From assembly GCA_013416795.1 (NCBI GenBank), contig RQSC01000808.1:1638-65637 (forward strand): a stretch of 64,000 nucleotides of DNA, given 5' to 3'. The position numbers were made by a program, and so were the translations under genes. Origin of the DNA: Prasinococcaceae sp. CCMP 1430 (taxonomy: Eukaryota > Plantae > Prasinodermophyta). The notes under the pieces were generated by a model, which saw only the letters and a list, made by a program, of their open reading frames with translations, did not search any database and was not told the DNA's origin. Of the stretch, positions 54,667 to 64,000 are shown one piece after another; positions within the stretch are counted from its first letter, which is position 1; every line of letters starts with the position of its first letter.

Positions 54667-56362
54667 TCATTGCAACACCTTCCTCGCCGCGCGGCGTGTG
54701 TGCTTCCCAACGCCCTCGCCGTGTGCGAGCTCATGCGTTCGCTCGGGATCGTGCCCATGCTCGGCCTCCCTCATCCCCCCCGACTGCTGCTGCTGCTGGT
54801 GCTCCTGCTCGTGCGTTCGCGTCACCTGCGCGTGCGCCGCGTCGAGCTCGGCGAGCCCCTCCTCAAAGGCAATGAGATCGGCGATGGACGCACGATCAGC
54901 TGCCTTGCGCGCCGCGCGGAGGCGCCGCTGCGCCCGCAGCTGCGCGAGCGCGCCTCCCCCATCCTCCCGCCTCGAATTGCGCGCGCCTGCCCCCTCCGCG
55001 TCAGCGGCGGCCTGCTGCACTAGGCTGCGCCTGTTGCCGCCCTCCCCCCCCGCCGTTTGGTCCCCCCAGAAGAGCATCTCGTAGTCGTAGCCGTCGTCGT
55101 TGAGCTGAAAATACAGGTCGTTGTCGAAGCGAGCCAGATCGTTGAAGTTGGACTGCTCCTTGCCCATCTGCCAGTCGCGCGACCAATCGTGGAATTCGTC
55201 CAGTTCATCGGGGTCGTTGAAGTCCGGCCAGAACTGGTTGTCTTCGAGGACCATCTCGAAGTCGTCGTCGTCGAACGCCCACTCGTTGTAGGGCGCACTC
55301 CCCTGCCTGAGCGCGTACGGGACCACGCCAGGCGCTAGACCCGACTCGGCCTCGAAGTAGGACAGATAGTCCCAGTCGTCGTATGGCATGATGTAGTCGA
55401 ACTCGAAGTCATGGATCTTGAGATCGGAAGCCTCCTTCCAAAAGTAGTCCTGGTCCTCTCCGAAGTACGTCTCCGCGTAGTCCTTCCAGAAGTCCTCGTC
55501 CCAGCTCCACTCGTCGGCGAAGTCTTCCTCTAGCTCATCGTCCCACCACTGTCCATACGAGTAGTATTCATCGTAGTAGTAGCTGTCGTCGTAGCTGTTG
55601 TACTGGTACCCGTAGTAGTCGTAGTAGTACGACGTGCCGAACCACGCCTGCCCCATCGCCTGAAAGCCGCTGGCAAACGTCGAAGCCGCGGGCGCCACTG
55701 TCTGGCCGACCTTGTACGCTGCGTCATTGAGCGTCTTCACAGCGCCGTTCGACTGCACCGTCTCGCCCACGCTGTACGCGACGCTGTTCATGGCGGTGGC
55801 CTAAGAGTGGGAGGCGGGTTGGGTTTGGGGGGTGGGTTTGGGGATGGGGGTCGAAAGGGTGGTCAGCTGCGCGCGCGCGCGCGGGGACTTCGACGAGCGA
55901 TCGATTTCCGCCTCCTTGGCGCCGCTCCGATGCCGGCGCGCGCGCCCTGGCGCGGGGGCCACCGCCACCAGAGGCCACGGCGCATCGGCACGCCGGAGTC
56001 GCCGGCCGTGCAAGGTACCCTAACTCGCGCGCACCGTGCTGAGCGCCGCGTGGCACCCGCGCCGCCGTCGCGGGCACTGTCACGCCCTCCCTAACCCGGG
56101 GCGCCCATGCGCCCGGATGCTCCGCACGAGCAGCGTGCCAGTGGCAGCGGCGACGCCGGCGCGCGCGCCACGCCGCCCGCACCTTATCGGAGATGTACGC
56201 GTGCGCCTTGCGCACGTGCTCGATCTCCCAAAGCATCTCCGAGTAGTACGCCCCCAGCGCTATGACCACGACGAGGATGAGCCCGACGAGCGCGGTCTTC
56301 TGCGTCTGCGACAGGCGCGCGCGGCGCTTCGCCTTCAGGCGCGGATCCGAGTCCGACGCCAT
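54667..56362 (-). CDS. Unknown type-II membrane protein with a very Tyr/Asp/Trp/Phe-rich domain; exons 56362-56183 and 55800-54667
   Basis: Exon 1 is MASDSDPRLKAKRRARLSQTQK-TALVGLILVVVIALGAYY (basic tail plus TM helix), ending AAG|GTGCGG. The acceptor CTCTTAG|GCC at 55800 is in frame. TGTAA downstream on the minus strand at about 54522-54526. Confidence 0.7.
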
Positions 56363-57599
56363 CGCGCGCGCTCGGTCCCGCCCCGCCCCTCCCCCGCTCC
56401 GTGCGCCTCTGCCCCCGCCCCGCGCCGCCCGCCGCGGTTCGCCGCGCCCGGCACACCGCGCGCTCGCCCGCGGCGCGGCGGGGTCGCACCGCCCGGGCGC
56501 GCCAATTCCCCCGTCGCGCAATTTCCCGCGTTTCGCTCCGTCGCGAACCATCTCGCCGCACCCGTCCGGCCCCGATTACGCCCCGGCGCGTTCCGTCAAA
56601 CCGCACAGCGGAGAGGGAGAGAGAGAGGAAGCTCCGACCTTCGCTCCCTCCGCCCCCTCCTCGCCCCGCGCGGCGCGCGCGCGCGCTCGGGGAACCGGCC
56701 CATCCCATCCCATCCATACGAAATGATCTGGCGCAGGTCAAAACGAATGCGAAGGGCACGCACCGGCGACGAACGGGCACAGTCAACGGACCTTCAAATG
56801 AAAAAATAGTGAATGCAAAAACATCTACATTACGGATCAAATGATCGCGTGCCGCAAAACTACCGCAAAACCCGCAAAACAGAAGGGAGATCAAAACGCA
56901 CGCCCTTCGGGCGGAGCGGCTGGGGGGGGGGGGGCCCGGCCGGGCCGCAGAACGCGTGCGCGCACTTCGACCTGCACTTCGAACGGGCCTCAAAAACCAT
57001 TCGGGTTGTAATTAGGGTCAGGGTTACTACAGTACATACCTCGTTTTTCTTTTCTTTTGAGGGAGACATTCGAACCATCCTTCTTTTCAATCGGCCACGG
57101 CACTTTTTTTTTTTTTTTAAATTTTTGGCACCCCCTTCCTTCCCGAGGCACGTGCGCGCAGGCACGTCGAAACGCAGGCGTTGGCGTTTGCCCCTGGTCG
57201 CGCGCGCGGGGCGCCCCTGGTCGCGCGCGCGGGGTGTGGGGGCGCAGCGAGCGAGAGCGCCGCCGCCGGCGCTGCGGCGGCGGCGGCGCGCAGCGCAAGG
57301 GGGCGACGAGAGTGTGCTGCGGATGGCGTTACCCGGTGGGTGGGGAGCTAGAGAGGACCAGCCGCAGCCCGGGGCGGGCGGGGGGAAGGGATGAAGTGTC
57401 GGGGGCGGAGGAGGGGGGAGCAGGCAGACGCCAGCGCCGGCGTCCCATGCCCACTGCCTCGCTCCGCCTCGCGCGCCAGGCGACGCCCGCGCCAGGCGAC
57501 GCCCGCGCCAGGTGTACCACCTGTGGGGATGCCCCCCCATCCCCCCTCCCGCCCCTCGCGCCCCCGTGCGCGCTGCAGGTCAGCAGAGAGGGGGGGCGC

Positions 57600-58246
57600 C
57601 TACTTCTTGCCCTTCTTCTTCTTGCCGGCGCCGCTGTTCTTGGGGTTCTCCGGCGCGTCGTTCCACAGCGTGGCGACCTTGGCGAACACGTCGTTCTGGT
57701 TCATGCCGGGGTTCTGCATGCGGATCTGCTTGGTGTGCGCCTTCACGAACAGGTTGTACGCGGTCGGCTGCGCAGGTGTGCGTGTACGAGGGGGCGGGGT
57801 TGTCGCGCGAGCGGGGGCGTCAGGAATCGTCGCGAAAGCCTTGAGGGGCGCGCGCGCGTGGCCGTGGGCGCCCGCGGTCGGCGAGCGCCGGCGAGGCCCA
57901 GCGGGCTGAAATTCAAACGGGGAGAGGGGAGGGCGCCTGACCGTGCGGGGCCAAGCACGCAGTGCTCAGCCGGCCGGTCGGCCGGCCGCCCGTTCGCGCT
58001 GGCAGCGGCGACATCGATCGTGGTGCCTTCCCCCCCGCTGCCTATCTCCCTGCCCTCCCTCCCCCCCAACGCGCGCCCGCGCGCCCGCACCTCGCGCTTC
58101 TTGCGCGGCACGACGACGACGTCCTTGTCGCCGCGCTTGCGCTTGTCGCCCGCCGCGCCGCCCTCGGCCTCGAGCTGGTCGGCAATCCTCGTGAAGGCCG
58201 CGGCGAGCTCCGTGCTGATGATCTTCCACGTCTCGGCGTCCGACAT
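57600..58246 (-). CDS. Small (107 aa) YABBY/HMG-box-like DNA-binding protein; exons 58246-58091 and 57767-57600 (spliced form not in the ORF track)
   Basis: Phase-0 intron 58090-57768 gives KKRE|PTAYNLFVKAHTKQIRMQNPGMNQNDVFAKVATLWNDAPENPKN-KKKKGKK. This matches the YABBY-type helix-loop-helix PSAYNxF...I...NP......F..A..W. Confidence 0.72.
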
Positions 58247-58883
58247 GGCGGCGGAGTGCGAGCGGAAAGGGGGGGAGGCGAGGGGGGGCGGGGGCGCTCG
58301 GTCTGTGCGCCTGCGCAGGGTGTGGCGCCCGCGCTCGCCCTCCCCCCACCGCCTCCCCCCGAAAGCGAAAGCGACGCCCACGCAGCAAAAAAAAAAAAAC
58401 GGCGTGCGAAACAGAATCACTCCGCACTTTGTGATGTCCATATGAAAATGCATTTCGTCGTAATCCGCGGAAACGATTCGACGGCACTCCGACCGCACCG
58501 GCGCCGCGGTTGAAACGCAGACGCGCTCCTGATCACACCAAGGGGAAAAAAAAAAACCGACGGGCGTTCCGCCGAGTCACTGCTGACATCGATTGCTGAC
58601 TGACAGTGGGACGGCAAGCGCTGACCCCAGGCAGCTCGCGGTCCTGACCAGGTCACGACACGCCCGGGCTGGCGCCGGCCGCCAGCGAGGCTCTCGTTGC
58701 GGCGGGGGCTCGTCGGCAGTGCGACGGGCGATTCGAGGGTCACAGAGGGACGCGCGCACGGCTTACCGCGAGCGGGCGAGGGCGTGGCGCGCGCAGCTGG
58801 GCGTGTGGCAGCTCCGCGAACGCGTGCGCGCCGCGCTGGCCCGGTCGGCCGTCCACCCCCATCCCCGGCCCCCAAAGCAAGGC

Positions 58884-61529
58884 TCACTTGATGAGCTTGG
58901 CGAGCCACGGCAGCTCCTTGTCGGCTCGCGCCGCGAGCCCCAGGTCGGCGATGGACACGTTGAGCCCCACCTTGGCCCGCGCATGCCGCCTGTCGCCGTT
59001 CTCCAGCAGCAGCAGCCGTGAGGCGCCCATGCGCTGGACGGCGGCGTGCAGCGCGCCCGAACCGGCCGGAGGCAGCGGCAGCGCGTGCGCCTTGCACAGC
59101 TCGGCATGCGAGCGCAGCACGGTGCCGACCTCCGTCTCTTGCACGCCCGCTCGTTGCGTCTCTCTCGCGACAGCCGCCATGAGCACTCGCTCGTGCAGGG
59201 AGAGCGACATCACGGACTTCACGGCCGCGCCCTCGAACATCTCCTTCACGGCGGCATTCACGTCCTTGATGGTGGCCATCTCGCCGCCGCGCTCCTCGGT
59301 GCACTCGGCCGCGCGACGGCACATCTCCAGCGCGCGTCGCACGTCGCCGCTCACGGCTGCCACCTTGCGGCTAGCGAAGTCCACCGCCTCGGGCGCGAAC
59401 GCGCCCTCGCACGCGCCGAGGCGCGCGCGCACGATCTGCTCGATCTGCTCGCGCACGTAGGGCTGGAAGGGCGTGCGGCGCAGCCCCGCGCGGCTGAGGA
59501 TGCGCGGGAGCAGGCGCTCGGGAAGGTCCATGGTGTTCGCGATGCCGATCACCGCGAGGCGAGGCACGCCCTTGCGCGGCGCCGCCAGGGACCACTCGAA
59601 GAGGTTGTACAGCACCTCCTGGCGGCGCGTCACCAGCGAGTCGAGCTCGTCGACGACGAGGAGCGTCGCGGGCGCGGCCGTCGCGTCGGCTCCCCGGCCC
59701 GTGCCGCCGGCCTTGCCGCGCTTGGCCGAGCCCGCCGCCCAAGCGCCGCCCGCCGCCGGCGTGAAGCGCTCCTGCAGCAGGTCGAGCGCCTGCGAGGGCC
59801 CCACGTAGTGGCCGTGCAGTGCCTCGTAGATCGAGCTGTACGCGTGTTGGGGCGATGGCAGCCGCAGGCCGTTGATCATCACCAGCTGGAAGGGCGCCTG
59901 GTTGGCCTCCTTTGCCTCCTTCCTGGCGGCGCGCATGACCTCCATGACCGTGGCGGTCTTGCCGGTGCCGGGCACGCCCGAAATGTACAGGCAGCGCCCC
60001 GCACCCGCGCCCGCGCCCGCTCCCACTATGCCCTTGACGAACGAATGCACCGCCTCGCGCTCCTTCTCGCGACACGGCAGGCTCGCGGGCAGGGCGGCGA
60101 GCTGCAGCATCTCCCTCGCGCGCTGCAGGGGCGTGCGCTTGCGGTCCCGCACCCACTGCGGGATGGCCTGCGCGCCCATGCCGTACACGCACGACGCGGC
60201 ACCCGCCGCCTCGGCGTCCTCGAAGCCCATCGCGCGTCGCGCGGAGGCGCCCGCGCGACCGTTGGCGGCGCGCGCGCTCGCCTTGCTGCGCGAGCCGCCC
60301 GCGCCACCCTTGGCGCTCGCGCCCTTCCCACTGCCCTTGCGGCCGACGCGCTTGCCCGTGCCGCCAGCCAGGGCGCGCTCGCGGCGCCTCTCCATGCGCG
60401 GATCGAACGCGCGCGCGTCCTCATCGCCCTCGTCGTCGTCGTCGCTCCCCGCCCAGTCGTCGTCGGAGGCGTCCTCGGCGTCGCTCCACTCCTCGCGCTC
60501 GCCCTCCGCCCTGCGTCTGAAGCGCTGCCAGCCGGCGTCATAGTCGTACTCGCACATGTACACATCGTCCTTGTTGACGCGCGCGTACATCTCGAGCTCC
60601 GCGGTGGCGTCCCCGATCGCGTGGTTGTTGGCCATCGCCTGGAAGGCGGCCCGCCCGAGCACGCACGCGACGCCCGTCGCGCTGGCGACCTCCTGTGCGT
60701 CGACGTGGTTGGAAAGGAAGACCTCGCGCCGGCCGTGGTGCGGCTGGCGGCCGGGGCCCGTGTGCTCGGGCTTGTAGAACCAGCGCCCGCTGAACATCTC
60801 GGTACCATCGGCCTCGCGCCAGATGGCCTCGATGCGCGCAAGCTCGTACTGGTGCGCGAGGAACTTCTCGCGCGGCGTGCGCGCGCAGCCGCGTCCGCCG
60901 CCGGCGGCCTTTGCGTCGGCGCAGGCGGAGGCGCCCGCACGGGCGGCGGCCTCGCCGTCCCCGACTTTGACGCTCCCCACGCACTTGGGGCAGAACCAGT
61001 CGCCCTCGGGCACGCGCGTGAGCTTCGGGCGCAGGCAGTCCAGGTGGTAGCCACCCAGGCAGCCGTCGCACTCGAGCATGACGTCCTTGCCGGGCGCGTC
61101 GCATGCGAGGCCGCACACCTCGCAGAGGTCCTCCGCCTCGTCCTCGGCGACGTCGCCGTCCATGCTCACGTACACAACGTCGCCGATGCGCACTTTGGTC
61201 TCCCAGCCGTCGCTCAGCGCCACCTGGCGGAGCGCGACACGCTTGGGGCCGCGAGGCGCCGGCGCCTTTCCCCTTGCCTTGCCCTTGCCGTTGGCGATCG
61301 CCTTGCGAGCCTGCTTGGCCTTGGGTGTGGGAGGGGCCTTGGGCGAGGGAGAGGCGCTCGGCTCGTCATCATCCTCGTCCGAACTTCCTGCATCCCCAGC
61401 GTCGAGCTCCTCAACGGCATCCTCGAACTGGTCGTCGCTCTCGGAGTCGCCGCGCGCGGTGGCGGCGGCGGCGGCCTTGGCGGCGCGCGCCCTACCCCGT
61501 GCGGCGGCCGNCACGTCCGCAGCCGCCAC
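58884..61529 (-). CDS. ORC1: Origin recognition complex subunit 1, plant type (PHD finger within BAH domain, AAA+, winged helix); exact start unresolved (GTG at 61529, N at 61511)
   Basis: PHD CEVC...LECDGCLGGYHLDCLRPKL..VPEGDWFCPKC; BAH ARIEAIW..GRWFYKPEHT..REVFLS; LPCREKE, YISGVPGTGKT, INGLRL, VVDELD, IGIANTMDLPE, FQPY, SGDVRRALEMCRRA. Confidence 0.96.
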   Translation of the reverse strand: MAAADVXAAARGRARAAKAAAAATARGDSESDDQFEDAVEELDAGDAGSSDEDDDEPSASPSPKAPPTPKAKQARKAIANGKGKARGKAPAPRGPKRVALRQVALSDGWETKVRIGDVVYVSMDGDVAEDEAEDLCEVCGLACDAPGKDVMLECDGCLGGYHLDCLRPKLTRVPEGDWFCPKCVGSVKVGDGEAAARAGASACADAKAAGGGRGCARTPREKFLAHQYELARIEAIWREADGTEMFSGRWFYKPEHTGPGRQPHHGRREVFLSNHVDAQEVASATGVACVLGRAAFQAMANNHAIGDATAELEMYARVNKDDVYMCEYDYDAGWQRFRRRAEGEREEWSDAEDASDDDWAGSDDDDEGDEDARAFDPRMERRRERALAGGTGKRVGRKGSGKGASAKGGAGGSRSKASARAANGRAGASARRAMGFEDAEAAGAASCVYGMGAQAIPQWVRDRKRTPLQRAREMLQLAALPASLPCREKEREAVHSFVKGIVGAGAGAGAGRCLYISGVPGTGKTATVMEVMRAARKEAKEANQAPFQLVMINGLRLPSPQHAYSSIYEALHGHYVGPSQALDLLQERFTPAAGGAWAAGSAKRGKAGGTGRGADATAAPATLLVVDELDSLVTRRQEVLYNLFEWSLAAPRKGVPRLAVIGIANTMDLPERLLPRILSRAGLRRTPFQPYVREQIEQIVRARLGACEGAFAPEAVDFASRKVAAVSGDVRRALEMCRRAAECTEERGGEMATIKDVNAAVKEMFEGAAVKSVMSLSLHERVLMAAVARETQRAGVQETEVGTVLRSHAELCKAHALPLPPAGSGALHAAVQRMGASRLLLLENGDRRHARAKVGLNVSIADLGLAARADKELPWLAKLIK

Positions 61530-61585
61530 GAGGCTAAGGTTTTCGCCCGCCCCGCGCGCGCGCGCCCGCGCGCGCCCCCCCGCCG

Positions 61586-61598
61586 TTTCCCGCCAAAA
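61586..61598. promoter_or_regulatory. Canonical double-sided E2F site in the ORC1 promoter
   Basis: TTTCCCGCCAAAA (TTTCCCGC on +, TTTTGGCGG on -) about 60 nt upstream of the ORC1 ORF. ORC1 is an established E2F target in plants and animals. Confidence 0.7.
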
Positions 61599-61617
61599 TC
61601 CGGTTCGAGATCAATAC

Positions 61618-61626
61618 AAACCCTAA
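61618..61626. promoter_or_regulatory. Telo-box (AAACCCTAA) in the ORC1 promoter
   Basis: Exact plant telo-box about 20 nt from the E2F site. Confidence 0.5.
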
Positions 61627-62361
61627 CTCACCAAAGCTCTAACCGTAAATCAAACCTGAACATGACGACCAACAACCTTTCAAGCTTTCAATACTATGGT
61701 GCGGCAACCGCATTGCAGGAGACCATATGCATGCCAAGCTGACACCCAACCACCAACACACCAACCAACCAACCACCCCGACCACCCGAGCCCCCGACCA
61801 ACTGGCTTGGCAGGCTGGCCGGCTTTTTATCCGCGCTCTATCTGCTGAGCGCAGATCGTTATCCGGCCGGGCGCCTGCGTGCAGCCCTGGCGGCCGCCGC
61901 CTCCGAGCCTCGGATGAAACGCTCGGTCGGTCGGGCACGCTGCGCCGCCGGCCGGACGAGCACACGCCCGCCACCATCACGTCATGCGGGGGCAAAAAAA
62001 CGCTTCCGTGAGGCCGGGACAAAAAACGCTTCTGCGCGGCGTATCGGTTGTCTTCTGGGAAATTCTGCTGCCGGTCGCGTTGAATTTGATACGGGACCCC
62101 ACCCGCAGCGCAGAATAACGGGTTCCCCGAAGCAATAGTGTGGACGCGGCAGTTTACCACGTGGGGCGTGGGGCCCGACCGCTCGCGGGGAGGAGGGACG
62201 CGGCGGTCGTTGCGTTCGCCGACGCGGTCGTTACGCCCAGCAGCAGCAACGGCCGCGCTGCGCGCGGGCTGCTGCGCGCGGCGCGGCGCCCGTCCGGCAT
62301 CCACCGACCGACCGACGCGCACCTCGGCCGCCGCCCGTCGCGCCGAGAAGCCGAAAGCCGA

Positions 62362-62775
62362 NNNNNNNNNNNNNNNNNNNNNNNNNNNNNNNNNNNNNNN
62401 NNNNNNNNNNNNNNNNNNNNNNNNNNNNNNNNNNNNNNNNNNNNNNNNNNNNNNNNNNNNNNNNNNNNNNNNNNNNNNNNNNNNNNNNNNNNNNNNNNNN
62501 NNNNNNNNNNNNNNNNNNNNNNNNNNNNNNNNNNNNNNNNNNNNNNNNNNNNNNNNNNNNNNNNNNNNNNNNNNNNNNNNNNNNNNNNNNNNNNNNNNNN
62601 NNNNNNNNNNNNNNNNNNNNNNNNNNNNNNNNNNNNNNNNNNNNNNNNNNNNNNNNNNNNNNNNNNNNNNNNNNNNNNNNNNNNNNNNNNNNNNNNNNNN
62701 NNNNNNNNNNNNNNNNNNNNNNNNNNNNNNNNNNNNNNNNNNNNNNNNNNNNNNNNNNNNNNNNNNNNNNNNNNN
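62362..62775. other. Assembly gap (414 N)
   Basis: Run of N. Confidence 1.
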
Positions 62776-63107
62776 CGGGGGGGGACGGTGTGTGCGCGAG
62801 GGCGAGCGGCGGCGCGGGCTGGCGGCGGCGCGCGGGCGCGCGGCGGTGCGCTGGTTTGGATGGAGCCGAGCGCGCCAGGCCCAGGCGGGCGTTACAAGCG
62901 TGCTGACACGCATCTCCCCCCTCCCCTCCTCCTCTTCCCCGCCCGCATGGCCTCCATTTCCTCCCCCTCTTTCCCCTCCGCCCCCATCCATCCTCCCCCC
63001 ACCCCCACCCCCTTCCCCTCCTCGGCGTCCCCGTGCGCCCCACCCCACCCGCGCCACGGCCCACCGCACCCGCCCCACCACCCCGCGCAGACGCGACACT
63101 CGGTGCA

Positions 63108-64000
63108 ATGAGCGAGGAGCAGATGGACGCGGTCCTTCGAAAGCGCGCGCCGCATCTGCGCGTGGCCGTCGCCGGGAGCTTCTCGTCGCTGACCGGGAGC
63201 TTCTCATCGCAGACCGGGAGCTTCTCGTCGCCGAGCTCGCTCTCGCCGAAGACGCCGCGCACGCTGGAGTCATCGCCGCGCTCGCCCTCGCCATCAGCCG
63301 GCTCGTTCTCAGACTCGCCCAAGCGGGTTTTGGACGCCACGGGTCGCAAGCCCACCGATCATGAGCAGGTGCGGCGAACCAATAGCACGGGCGCGCCATC
63401 CGCGCTCGTGCGCGCCCGCGCCCACGCGCCGGGCCTCGCCGCGCCCACTGCCCCCCTCCGTCCCTCGAGTGCAGTGAGTGTCTCAGCCTCTGACTGCGGC
63501 GGCCCCGTCCTTCCTCCGCCCCGCTGATACACCAACCCAACCGCGCAGACGATGCTCCGCGAGATGGCCACGAAGGCGCCCCTGCTGTCGTGCCTGAACG
63601 CAACCGAGCGCTCCATCGTGGTGGCGCGCTTGGTGCGTCACGAATACACCGACGGCGACATCATCGTCGCCCAGGGCGAGCGCGGAGACCACTTCTACCT
63701 GCTCACCGAGGGAGACGTCGAGGTGACGTCGAGCGGCGAGGCGAGCGCGGGCGCAGGCGTGGGCCGCAATGGCAGGGGTGATCTTGCCAGGGCCAGGATG
63801 GAGAGCATGGGGGGTTCGGCCGACGAGAAAGGGGAGGAGGTGCACAGGATGCTCGTGCCGGGCGACACCTTCGGCGAGCTCGCGTTGCTGTACTCGGGCG
63901 TGCGCACCGCGACATGCACGGCGCGGGGCGGGCGCGTGGTGTGCTTTGCCCTTGCTCGCCAGACCTTCCGCGCGGTCGTGCAGAAGACCGCGATGGAGCG
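63108..64000 (+). CDS. Cyclic-nucleotide-binding domain protein (PKG/PKA-regulatory type); exons 63108-63368 and 63549 to beyond the window end
   Basis: Phase-0 intron 63369-63548. Exon 2 (absent from the ORF track because it has no stop in the window) reads GDIIVAQGERGDHFYLLTEGDVEV ... GDTFGELALLYSGVRTATC ... FALARQTF. Confidence 0.85.

Noticed and set aside
57191-57512. Short tandem duplications (23-bp x2 at 57191; 16-bp x2.5 at 57473) and tiny ORFs between the Tyr/Asp-rich gene and the YABBY-like gene
   Set aside because: Too short and GC-rich to distinguish from ordinary slippage repeats; no convincing coding or RNA-structure signal.
59046-61742. 898-aa plus-strand ORF
   Set aside because: Antisense shadow of ORC1.

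Overview
GC-rich, gene-dense eukaryotic nuclear DNA from a draft assembly: six N-runs plus single Ns at 33107 and 61511. It is almost certainly a green alga of prasinophyte grade, judging by plant-type single-chain urease, PHD-containing ORC1, ABC1K1, Psb27-H2 and a VTC4-like IMPase, short GT-AG introns, and a TGTAA motif after several stops. About 30 protein-coding genes can be modelled; no rRNA, tRNA, CRISPR array or transposase was seen. The best candidate system is at the left end: a complete operon-like urease locus. ureG is transcribed divergently from urease-ureF-ureD, with only 25-64 nt between the urease stop and the ureF start and 126 nt between ureF and ureD, suggesting a polycistronic mRNA. 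The shared promoter holds a 65-75 bp minisatellite and a gap-truncated ORF resembling the N-terminus of bacterial UreE. Other notable items: a CBP60/SARD1-like plant immunity transcription-factor domain, a minimal YABBY/HMG-box protein, a bacterial-type 5-oxoprolinase, a GlpF-like aquaglyceroporin, and an apparently exact 1,044-bp direct repeat of a Frizzled-CRD-like gene enclosing a 5-kb block with truncated genes at both ends (rearrangement or misassembly). A 96-codon bacterial nitronate monooxygenase fragment is joined in frame to an algal gene next to a gap, probably contaminant gap-fill. All family calls are motif recognition by eye; no database searches were run.
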